From positions 1 to 25,424 of the IMG/VR virus record IMGVR_UViG_3300030116_000339: 25,424 nt of DNA. One strand, 5' to 3'. The translations under genes and the position numbers were made by a program. Position 1 is the first letter of the stretch. The number at the start of each line of letters is the position of its first letter. Positions 1 through 7,043 of this stretch are shown here, one piece after another. A model generated the notes under the pieces. That model was not told the DNA's origin, did not search any database, and saw only the letters and a list, made by a program, of their open reading frames with translations. The stretch is from a virus. Its lineage: Duplodnaviria; Caudoviricetes.

Positions 1-279
1 ACACTTAACAATAACAATATATATAATAATATATATAATAAGGAAATTCTAATTAATGGAATATTGAACAGTTACATGAATGTGGTAAAGCAGAATTATG
101 GAACTGAATGGAAGGCAAGTGAGAATGATAAGGTAGTAGCTGACAAACTATTACAACAAGGATACACTACTGAGCAGTTTAAGGACCTAGCAAGTAAAGT
201 AGTTAGCCAATCCTTACAGGACAACAAGCAGCCACCTCAAACATTACAATACTTTCTAGAAAATGGTGCATCATTATGA
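1..279 (+). CDS. 5'-truncated hypothetical protein (possibly the C-terminus of a replication-initiator/HTH-type protein)
   Basis: The frame is open from base 1 (TLNNNNIYNNIYNKEILINGILNSY...) to TGA at 277-279, so the ORF-track start at 64 is internal. The Asn/Ile/Tyr linker followed by a small helical domain ending PPQTLQYF resembles phage replication initiators (weak). Confidence 0.5.
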   Translation, partial: TLNNNNIYNNIYNKEILINGILNSYMNVVKQNYGTEWKASENDKVVADKLLQQGYTTEQFKDLASKVVSQSLQDNKQPPQTLQYFLENGASL

Positions 280-286
280 CTAGGGT

Positions 287-301
287 GTACAAAGTCCAGA
301 T
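287..301 (+). promoter_or_regulatory. Recurring intergenic motif GTACAAAGKCYAKAT, copy 1
   Basis: GTACAAAGTCCAGAT; 14/15 identical to 6851-6865. Confidence 0.4.
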
Positions 302-444
302 GTTCATAGAGGCATCGGAACACGCAGAATACGGTGTAAAAAATCTCTGTATCGCAGAACGCACCTTATGCCCTCCCCCCATGCGTATATATAGTGGGGG
401 ATCTCACAAAAATATTTTCCACAATTTCATTAAGGAGTTTTTCA

Positions 445-648
445 ATGGATAAAACATATTTAGTAATGCAATCCCAAGGTAATTTCATGCACAACGGTGA
501 AGAAAAAACCCGGTGGATGAGTTTAGGTATCATGCTGGAGAAGGCTGACGGTAAACGGTCTATCAAGCTGAATGCCCTTCCCTTGCCTAATAAGGACGGT
601 GAGATATGGCTGCAATGCTTTGAGCCTAAAAAGGAACAGCCTTTCTAA
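445..648 (+). CDS. Small conserved phage protein (67 aa), beta-rich, possibly ssDNA/nucleic-acid binding
   Basis: Strong SD TAAGGAG at 431-437 precedes ATG at 445, which is a better start than 394. Pattern GEEKTRWMSLG...SIKLNALP. TAATG overlap with the next gene. Confidence 0.7.
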   Translation: MDKTYLVMQSQGNFMHNGEEKTRWMSLGIMLEKADGKRSIKLNALPLPNKDGEIWLQCFEPKKEQPF

Positions 649-1055
649 TGAAAAGAAAGTCTAAACTGCCGAAGATGAATGGACGGTTTGCCGGGGTTGG
701 TGCGATTACAAAACGGTTGCGAGGGTCCAGCATTATTTATGACAACCGGGATGAATTGGCTAACCAGTTATTGGGATTGGCGAGTGCGAATATAACCGAT
801 GTTTTAGAATGGAGTGAGAATAATGTCAGTATCAAAGAGATCAAGGACATCCCGGAGAGGGCGTTACAGGCGATCAAAAAGATCAAGGTAACTCCGACAC
901 GCTCCGGAGACCAGATAGAAGTTGAAATGATAGATAAGGTAAGGGTGTTGCAGATGCTGTCTAAGAGTGCCGGGTTGCTGGACCAAGAAAAAGAAAGCGA
1001 GAAACCGGCTGTGGTGGATGTGACAATGGTCTTACCGGGTGAACAAGAGAAATAG
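648..1055 (+). CDS. terS: Terminase small subunit
   Basis: Lies upstream of terL. LASANITDVLEW...AIKKIKV...IEVEMIDKVRVLQML is typical of the TerS oligomerisation/C-terminal region. Confidence 0.75.
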   Translation: MKRKSKLPKMNGRFAGVGAITKRLRGSSIIYDNRDELANQLLGLASANITDVLEWSENNVSIKEIKDIPERALQAIKKIKVTPTRSGDQIEVEMIDKVRVLQMLSKSAGLLDQEKESEKPAVVDVTMVLPGEQEK

Positions 1056-1058
1056 AAA

Positions 1059-1232
1059 ATGGATAATATTATAATAAAAGATTTACTTAATTTGTTAATC
1101 AAGGCTCAAGAATTACTCGATAAATGTGAAGATGAACTTGGTGGTTTTGTAACTCCAGTAAAAGGTATTCGCAGAGATATTGATGAGGCTATTAGAAAAT
1201 ATAGCCAAGCAGAAACTATTAATAAGAGGTGA
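1059..1232 (+). CDS. Hypothetical protein, 57 aa (MDNIIIKDLLNLLIKAQELLDKCEDELGGFVTPVKGIRRDIDEAIRKYSQAETINKR), not in the ORF track
   Basis: ATG 1059 to TGA 1230-1232 fills the terS-terL gap almost exactly; amphipathic helices. Confidence 0.65.
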   Translation: MDNIIIKDLLNLLIKAQELLDKCEDELGGFVTPVKGIRRDIDEAIRKYSQAETINKR

Positions 1233-1236
1233 AAAA

Positions 1237-2763
1237 ATGAGTGAAGAGATACCTTCTGGATTAAAACTGGATTTTTCCGGCTCACCTACCTTGGCTGACT
1301 TTCTTAAAAGCAATGCCTTTGTCAGAGGTATCATGGGTCCGGTAGGGAGTGGTAAATCCTATGCCTGTTGTGCTGAAATATTTAGACGAGCCGTTCAACA
1401 GAAACCGTCACCGAGGGATGGCATACGCTATACCCGGTTTGCTGTTGTTAGAAACTCGTATCCTATGCTGAGGACTACGACATTGAAAACTTGGCTTGAA
1501 TTACTGCCGGAACATATCTGGGGCAATGTTCGTCATGCTCCACCCATAACCCATCATCTTAAACTGCCCCCTAGAAAGAATGCCTCTGGTATTGATTGTG
1601 AGGTTATTTTTTTGGCTCTGGATGCTCCCAAGGATGTTAGAAAGTTGTTATCTCTGGAACTTACCGGGGCGTTTGTTAATGAGGCTAAAGAGTTACCTAA
1701 AGCCGTTATTGATGGTCTAACGCACCGTGTCGGCAGATATCCAACTAAGGCAGATGGATCTGCTTCTTGGCATGGGATTATAATGGACAGCAATCCTTGC
1801 GATGATGATCATTGGTGGTTTCGACTAGCTGAGAAAGAAACACCCAAAGGAAAATTTAAATGGCAGTTTTTTAACCAGCCCGGTGGCGTAACAGAGGTCA
1901 AGACCGATGATGTACCCGAAGATATGCCCGAGGCTCAAGGGTTTATTCAGCAAGCCAGTAAATGGTGGAAGGTCAATGACAAGGCTGAGAATATCGGCAA
2001 CCTACCCGAAGATTATTATTTGCAGTTGCTGGGTGGTAAAAACCTTGATTGGATACGTTGTTATGCTGAAGGGAAATACACCTATGTACAGGAAGGTAGA
2101 CCCGTCTGGTCCGAGTATGACGATACAACTATGTCGGCTGACCTAGAGCCTATTAATGGCATTCCTATTAATATCGGCTTGGACTTTGGACTAACTCCGG
2201 CTGCTATCTTTGCCCAAAAAATGCCGAATGGACGGTGGCATATACTCCATGAACTGGTGACGTTTGATATTGGTCTGGAACGGTTCTGCTCTTATCTTAA
2301 AAGCGAACTTGAAATGCGTTTTGCTGGGTATGATGTATTTGTATGGGGTGACCCGGCTGGGATGCAGAGAGATCAGATATTTGAAACGACAGCATTTTCC
2401 CACCTAAAAACACATGGCATTATGGCTCAACCAACAGCGACTAATGATTTTAGGACGAGGCGTGAGGCGTGTGCCATACCTATGGGGCGTTTAATTGATG
2501 GTAAGCCCGGCTTTATGGTGGACCGTAAATGCCAGAGATTAAGAAAAAGCCTAGCTGGTGGATATCACTTTAAGCGAATGCCGATTGGTGCTGGGCAAGA
2601 ACGATTTAAAGATACACCTAATAAAAATGAACATTCCCATGTGGGGGATGCTCTAGGCTACTGCCTGTTAGGTGGTGGCGAGCATAGACGTATGACCGTA
2701 AGGAATACACACAGGCAACAAACTACAACAGCACAAGTATTGGATTTCGATGTTTTCGCTTAA
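1237..2763 (+). CDS. terL: Terminase large subunit
   Basis: Walker A GPVGSGKS, Walker B-like FVNEAKE, RNase H-like nuclease motifs GLDFG, WGDPAG and HVGDAL. SD GAGGTG at 1226-1231 supports ATG 1237 rather than 1180. Confidence 0.95.
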   Translation: MSEEIPSGLKLDFSGSPTLADFLKSNAFVRGIMGPVGSGKSYACCAEIFRRAVQQKPSPRDGIRYTRFAVVRNSYPMLRTTTLKTWLELLPEHIWGNVRHAPPITHHLKLPPRKNASGIDCEVIFLALDAPKDVRKLLSLELTGAFVNEAKELPKAVIDGLTHRVGRYPTKADGSASWHGIIMDSNPCDDDHWWFRLAEKETPKGKFKWQFFNQPGGVTEVKTDDVPEDMPEAQGFIQQASKWWKVNDKAENIGNLPEDYYLQLLGGKNLDWIRCYAEGKYTYVQEGRPVWSEYDDTTMSADLEPINGIPINIGLDFGLTPAAIFAQKMPNGRWHILHELVTFDIGLERFCSYLKSELEMRFAGYDVFVWGDPAGMQRDQIFETTAFSHLKTHGIMAQPTATNDFRTRREACAIPMGRLIDGKPGFMVDRKCQRLRKSLAGGYHFKRMPIGAGQERFKDTPNKNEHSHVGDALGYCLLGGGEHRRMTVRNTHRQQTTTAQVLDFDVFA

Positions 2764-3241
2764 TGACATAAACCGGGTTACCCGGATGGACTACCCACGC
2801 CATCAGATTGTGCGATGGGAACCCGAACACTATAAAGAGATTGACCTTAATGACCATGACAAACAGACACTTGGGCATTTCCATGATTATCTAGAATACT
2901 TATCTGTTTTTGCTGAAGGTGGTGACAGTTTTACGGCTATAGGTGACGGTGTTATATATGCCATGTTTGGGTGTTTCCCATTATGGCATGGTGTAGCCGA
3001 GGCGTGGCTCCTTCCCTCTCGACATATTAAACGCAAAACTATCTCCATGCACCGGGCATCATTGTTGTTTTTTGACTATTATGCACAGAAAAAAGAACTA
3101 AAAAGATTACAATTCACCGTACATTCAACCAATTTTCAAGCAGTACGCTGGGCAAAAAGGTGTTACTTTAATGAAGAAGGAACATTGAAACATTATGGAC
3201 CAGATGGAAAGGATCACTATATGTTTGCGAGGTACTACTAA
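2750..3241 (+). CDS. GNAT-fold acetyltransferase (T7 gp13-like)
   Basis: GVAEAWLL...RLQFTVHSTNFQAVRWAKRCYFNEEG matches the GNAT C-terminal N.xA.rw..xGF..EG pattern; position in the virion module. Confidence 0.8.
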   Translation: MFSLNDINRVTRMDYPRHQIVRWEPEHYKEIDLNDHDKQTLGHFHDYLEYLSVFAEGGDSFTAIGDGVIYAMFGCFPLWHGVAEAWLLPSRHIKRKTISMHRASLLFFDYYAQKKELKRLQFTVHSTNFQAVRWAKRCYFNEEGTLKHYGPDGKDHYMFARYY

Positions 3242-3495
3242 TGGGTGGATTATTTTCAAAACCTAAAGCCCCACCACCACCATCTCCGGCTGTTGAGGAA
3301 ACTGTAACGGCTCAAGAGGCTGCTGCTACTGCCGAACAAAAAAGGCAAAAGTCTATTATGGCTACTACTGCTTCTAAGAAAAAAGGTGGCATGATGGGAT
3401 TGATGATGTCGGGTGGCACTAGACCAGACTATGGTGAGCAAAACCTAAAACAAAAACTTGGTGGTGGTGTTCGTAATCCAAGGAACTTAGGTTAA
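3241..3495 (+). CDS. Small virion-associated protein (MGGLFSKPKAPPPP...; pre-portal, T7 gp7.3-like position)
   Basis: TAATG-coupled to the GNAT. Gly N-terminus, Pro-rich segment and Ala/Glu helix are typical of small pre-portal podovirus proteins. Confidence 0.7.
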   Translation: MGGLFSKPKAPPPPSPAVEETVTAQEAAATAEQKRQKSIMATTASKKKGGMMGLMMSGGTRPDYGEQNLKQKLGGGVRNPRNLG

Positions 3496-3620
3496 TGGCT
3501 GAAGAAGAAAAAGAAGAAGAGAAAGAGGAAAAACCATTAGAGCCGTATGTTGAAAGACCACAAAAGGTTTGGAGAAGAAATCCAAAATATACAAAGCCTG
3601 TGCATGAGGAAGATGAATGA
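3495..3620 (+). CDS. Small acidic protein, 41 aa (MAEEEKEEEKEEKPLEPYVERPQKVWRRNPKYTKPVHEEDE), not in the ORF track
   Basis: TAATG overlap upstream and ATGA overlap downstream; tiles the gap exactly. Confidence 0.7.
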   Translation: MAEEEKEEEKEEKPLEPYVERPQKVWRRNPKYTKPVHEEDE

Positions 3621-3886
3621 GAAAAGTTCATAAAAATCCTAAAGGTGGTTTATCCGAGGCTGGACGTAAACATTTGAATAGAACTACAGGATCCAATTTG
3701 AAGGCTCCGGTAAAAAAAGGAACTAATCCACGCAGAATTTCGTTTGCTGCTAGATTTTCCGGAATGAAAGGTCCAATGAAAGATAGCAAGGGTAGACCAA
3801 CTAGGAAGGCTCTTGCATTAAAGGCTTGGGGTTTTGGCTCTGTCGAGGCTGCAAGAAATTTTGCTAACCGTCATAAAAAAACATAA
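3617..3886 (+). CDS. Small basic phage protein (KNPKGGL...GSNLKAPV...RRISFAAR pattern; DUF6321-like)
   Basis: 89 aa, K/R-rich, SD GAGG upstream, ATGA overlap. Confidence 0.8.
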   Translation: MRKVHKNPKGGLSEAGRKHLNRTTGSNLKAPVKKGTNPRRISFAARFSGMKGPMKDSKGRPTRKALALKAWGFGSVEAARNFANRHKKT

Positions 3887-3898
3887 AGGAGATTTATT

Positions 3899-4015
3899 AT
3901 GCCCGGACATTATGGAAAATCTAAAACTAAAGGTAAGACATTAACTAAAAAGCAAAAAACTTTGCCAGCTAGTTTACAGAAAAAAATTATGGCATCTAAA
4001 AAGAGGAAAAAATAA
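3899..4015 (+). CDS. Lys-rich peptide, 38 aa (MPGHYGKSKTKGKTLTKKQKTLPASLQKKIMASKKRKK), not in the ORF track
   Basis: Strong SD AAGGAG immediately upstream; ATG 3899, TAA 4013-4015. Confidence 0.75.
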   Translation: MPGHYGKSKTKGKTLTKKQKTLPASLQKKIMASKKRKK

Positions 4016-4017
4016 TT

Positions 4018-4149
4018 ATGTCACTTTATAGAAATATAAATGCTCGTAAGAAAAAAGGCATATCTCGTAGCAAAAAAAATACAACAATATCTGCAAAAGC
4101 ATATGCAAATATGAAAGCTGGATTTCCTAAAAAGAAAAAGAAAAAATAA
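4018..4149 (+). CDS. Lys/Arg-rich peptide, 43 aa (MSLYRNINARKKKGISRSKKNTTISAKAYANMKAGFPKKKKKK), not in the ORF track
   Basis: ATG 4018; its stop overlaps the portal ATG (TAATG at 4147-4151). Confidence 0.75.
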   Translation: MSLYRNINARKKKGISRSKKNTTISAKAYANMKAGFPKKKKKK

Positions 4150-5705
4150 TGGCTGATCTATCTGTTCAAGAACTAAAGAAAAGATATAAACGGTGCGAAG
4201 ACCACAAAAATAACTGGCGTACCATTTATGAAGAGGCGTATGAATTTGCCTTACCTATGCGTAACCTTTATGACGGTTACTATGAGGGTGATGTTCCCGG
4301 ACAGAATAAAATGAAAAGAGTGTTTGATAGTACGGCTGTCCATTCAACAGCAAGATTTGCTAACCGTTTGCAATCATCATTATTTCCACCACAACAAGAG
4401 TGGTGCAGATTAATGCCGGGTGCTGACATACCAGAAGAAAGAAAGATTGAGGCACAGACAGCTTTAGACTTTTACGGTAAAAGAATGTTCCAGATTATGC
4501 GTACATCTGGTTTTGATTTAGCTATGGGTGAGTTTTTGTTAGACCTAGCTATTGGCACTAGTTGTATGCTGATACAATCTGGTGATGAAAATACACGCAT
4601 ACGTTATACGGCTGTGCCTAGTTTCCAAATATCTTTTGAGGAAGGTCCTAACGGTAACCCGGACACAGTTTATAGAAGATTAAAAAGAGCATTTAATGTT
4701 ATAGAAAAAGAGTTTCCAGATGCTGAGATACCTCAAGAGTTAATTGATAAATACCAAGAAGATCCTACTGAAAAGGTTGAATTGCTAGAGGCAACATATA
4801 CGAATGACGGTGTAATTTATTACTGTGTGTCTACAATGGAAGAAGACATAAAACTAGTATCTAGAAAGTTAAAAAGTTTTCCTTGGGTTATATCTAGATA
4901 CATGAAGGCAAGTAATGAACGATACGGTAGAGGTCCTGTATTGTACGCATTGCCGGATATCAAAACATTAAACAAGGTAACCGAACTGACATTGAAAAAT
5001 GCAAGTATTTCTATAGGTGGAGTTTTTACTGCCGTGGACGACGGGGTCCTTAACCCGGAAACAATATCGATTGTACCGGGTGCAGTTATTTCAGTTTCCT
5101 CAAACGGTGGACCAAGGGGAGCATCACTTGCTCCTCTTGCTCGATCGGGTGATGTAAACTTATCGCAGCTAGTAGCCAATGATCTTAGAACTAATATTAA
5201 GAAGACATTGTTAGATGAGAGCCTTGCACCAGAGAATATGAGTGCGAGATCAGCTACAGAGATACAGGCAAAATTATCTGAGTTATCACAAAACCTTGGC
5301 TCTGCTTTTGGACGTTTGATAAGTGAAACAATGACACCAATAGTAAGAAGAACATTAGAGTTAATGGATGAAATGGGCATGATAGAACTGCCACTAAAGA
5401 TAAACGGTCTAGAGGTACAGATTGTACCTACCTCACCTTTGGCTATGGCTAACAATATGGAAAAAGTAAATGATGTTATGAACTATTTACAGATAGCACA
5501 ATCACTAGGTCCAGTTGGTCAGACATTAGTTAAACAGGATAAGATCGGTGATTACTTAGCAGATATGCTATCTATCCCGGCTGAACTCAGAACAACACCA
5601 GAAGAAAGGGCTGCGATGCAAGAACAGATGTTAGCAACAGCACAGGCTGTAGCTGAACAGCAAGGCGTAGACACAGCACCTATTGAAGAGGCAATCGCAC
5701 AATGA
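4149..5705 (+). CDS. Portal / head-to-tail connector (T7 gp8-like)
   Basis: 518 aa; FDSTA, YGRGP...ALPDIKTLN and SATEI motifs; position. Confidence 0.95.
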   Translation: MADLSVQELKKRYKRCEDHKNNWRTIYEEAYEFALPMRNLYDGYYEGDVPGQNKMKRVFDSTAVHSTARFANRLQSSLFPPQQEWCRLMPGADIPEERKIEAQTALDFYGKRMFQIMRTSGFDLAMGEFLLDLAIGTSCMLIQSGDENTRIRYTAVPSFQISFEEGPNGNPDTVYRRLKRAFNVIEKEFPDAEIPQELIDKYQEDPTEKVELLEATYTNDGVIYYCVSTMEEDIKLVSRKLKSFPWVISRYMKASNERYGRGPVLYALPDIKTLNKVTELTLKNASISIGGVFTAVDDGVLNPETISIVPGAVISVSSNGGPRGASLAPLARSGDVNLSQLVANDLRTNIKKTLLDESLAPENMSARSATEIQAKLSELSQNLGSAFGRLISETMTPIVRRTLELMDEMGMIELPLKINGLEVQIVPTSPLAMANNMEKVNDVMNYLQIAQSLGPVGQTLVKQDKIGDYLADMLSIPAELRTTPEERAAMQEQMLATAQAVAEQQGVDTAPIEEAIAQ

Positions 5706-6004
5706 GCCAAGCAGATAAAATAAGATCTATAAATGATCCCGGTTGGGATGGTGTTAATGCGAATGTACAGCAATTAAAAGTAAATAATTTTGATGCACAA
5801 AAAGAATTAGATCTTTTGTATCATCGTTGTTTTACTTCTGAGGAAGGTGCAAAAGTTTTAACACATTTACGAAGTGTGACGATAGAACAACCAGCATGGA
5901 TGCCGGGTGCTGATGCATCTTTTGGTTATTCTAGAGAAGGTCAAAACAGTTTAATCAGAGAAATAGAATTAAGGATAAGGAGAGCCAATGGAACAACAAG
6001 CTGA
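5702..6004 (+). CDS. Bbp19-like head assembly protein
   Basis: Y.RCF.SEEGAKVL.HLR...REGQNSLI pattern between portal and scaffold. Confidence 0.75.
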   Translation: MSQADKIRSINDPGWDGVNANVQQLKVNNFDAQKELDLLYHRCFTSEEGAKVLTHLRSVTIEQPAWMPGADASFGYSREGQNSLIREIELRIRRANGTTS

Positions 6005-6788
6005 AACTGTACAAGAAGTACAGGAAGATAAAGGGTTACTAGCAAATGCATCGGCAGAGGCAGAAGCTACAAGGGAAGAGCCTGTAGGTGAGCCAGAAAG
6101 TATTCCTCATAGAGCAGAAGATGTACAGGCTAAAATTCCAGATAGACCGGACTATGTGCCGGAAAAGTTCTGGAATAAAGAGCAAGGGAAGATAAGAGAG
6201 AAAGATGTATTTAAATCATTTACTGAATTAGAAAAAAAATTTTCACAAGGACAACATAAAGCCCCGGAGAGTTACGATGATAAAATCTTGGTTGATGCTG
6301 GTTACGATAAAAGTGATGACATGGTTGGAGCCTATACAGAATGGGCTAAAGAAAATGGTATTAGTCAAAAAGCGTTCGATGACCTTGCCGGAAAAATCAT
6401 CGGAATGGCTGGAGAAAGAGAGCAAGAGGCTCAATACAGTTCGGAAGAAGAAATGGAAAAACTCGGTCCCAACGCCAAAGAAATCGTCAACCAAAACCTC
6501 GAGTGGCTCGAAGGCATGGAAAGAAAAAAAGTCTTCTCGGAAGAAAAAGTCGAAGCCATAAAAATGTTTGGTTCAACTGCGATAGGTAATTTAGTATTGA
6601 GAGATTTTAGACAAATGATGGGTGATCTTAAACCATTGCCTACTGTAGTAGCAGAAAACGTAAATGAAACACAGGAAGAGTTCGATGCTCGAATGCAAGA
6701 AATGATGAATGATGAAAGATGGGTTAATAAAGAGCCATCCTATATGCGAAAAGTAGAAATGGAGTTTGAGCGTAGATTTCCTGACTAA
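5988..6788 (+). CDS. Capsid assembly scaffolding protein (T7 gp9-like)
   Basis: Acidic; RPDYVPEKFW...SFTELEKKF; SD AGGAG upstream; precedes the capsid gene. Confidence 0.9.
   Translation: MEQQAETVQEVQEDKGLLANASAEAEATREEPVGEPESIPHRAEDVQAKIPDRPDYVPEKFWNKEQGKIREKDVFKSFTELEKKFSQGQHKAPESYDDKILVDAGYDKSDDMVGAYTEWAKENGISQKAFDDLAGKIIGMAGEREQEAQYSSEEEMEKLGPNAKEIVNQNLEWLEGMERKKVFSEEKVEAIKMFGSTAIGNLVLRDFRQMMGDLKPLPTVVAENVNETQEEFDARMQEMMNDERWVNKEPSYMRKVEMEFERRFPD
6355..6561 (+). CDS. Candidate overprinted Lys/Ser-rich ORF in +1 frame of the scaffold gene (start uncertain: 6277, 6316, 6355 or 6379)
   Basis: The host frame switches locally to NTC codons (ATC, GTC, CTC), which keep the +1 frame open and encode Ser there. 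Confidence 0.4.
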   Translation: MVLVKKRSMTLPEKSSEWLEKESKRLNTVRKKKWKNSVPTPKKSSTKTSSGSKAWKEKKSSRKKKSKP

Positions 6789-6807
6789 ATTCCTCCCGGA
6801 AGAAATG

Positions 6808-6849
6808 GGGCTGGTTTATGTGTTTCCCCTCGAGAGCCAGCCCTTTTTT
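6808..6849 (+). terminator. Rho-independent terminator after the scaffold gene
   Basis: Stem GGGCTGGTTT (6808-6817) / GAGCCAGCCC (6834-6843) followed by TTTTTT. Confidence 0.7.
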
Positions 6850-6850
6850 C

Positions 6851-6901
6851 GTACAAAGTCTAGATTAGTAGTTTACAAGTAATAATTATCTGTGCTATGG
6901 G
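6851..6901 (+). promoter_or_regulatory. Motif copy 2 plus candidate sigma70-type promoter for the capsid operon
   Basis: GTACAAAGTCTAGAT at 6851-6865; -35-like TTTACA at 6872-6877; TG-CTATGG at 6893-6900 (GCTA-type -10 lacking the -7 T, as is common in alphaproteobacteria). Confidence 0.4.
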
Positions 6902-6902
6902 T

Positions 6903-7043
6903 TAAGTGATCGATAACTCTTTGAGCCGATCTGACATGATTAATTCATCGTTGCGTTAACGTATAACGTAGTCAGAAGGCTGGGATCTCCCAACAACCTT
7001 TAGGCGATTGCTTAAACTTTAACTAATGTAGGGAGATTTTAAA
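6903..7043 (+). ncRNA. Structured 5' leader (cis-regulatory RNA candidate) of the major capsid gene
   Basis: Nested stems: GATCG/CGATC, TGAC/GTCA, ATGA/TCAT, CGTT/AACG, AAGG/CCTT, TGGG/CCCA; alternative long-range TAAGTGATCG/CGATTGCTTA. Confidence 0.55.

Noticed and set aside
10-40. AATATATAT tandem repeat as a replication origin or iteron
   Set aside because: Only two short copies, encoding an NNIY linker at the window edge; not enough context.
1180-1236. ORF-track N-terminal extensions (terL at 1180; also 394 and 7870)
   Set aside because: Better SD-supported starts lie at 1237, 445 and 7900; the terL extension overlaps the 1059-1232 ORF.
4820-5455. Long minus-strand ORFs (also 9760-10122, 13838-14233, 16756-17151, 19048-19587, 19708-20445, 22227-22607)
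   Set aside because: Antisense shadows of well-supported + strand genes; Ser/Ile/Leu-rich, with no recognisable motifs.
6903-7014. tRNA or known metabolite riboswitch in the capsid leader
   Set aside because: No TTCGA T-loop, cloverleaf or CCA end, and no riboswitch consensus that I recognise; kept only as an unclassified structured leader.
7012-7026. CtrA-like box TTAA-N7-CTAA
   Set aside because: Imperfect single match in AT-rich DNA; expected by chance.
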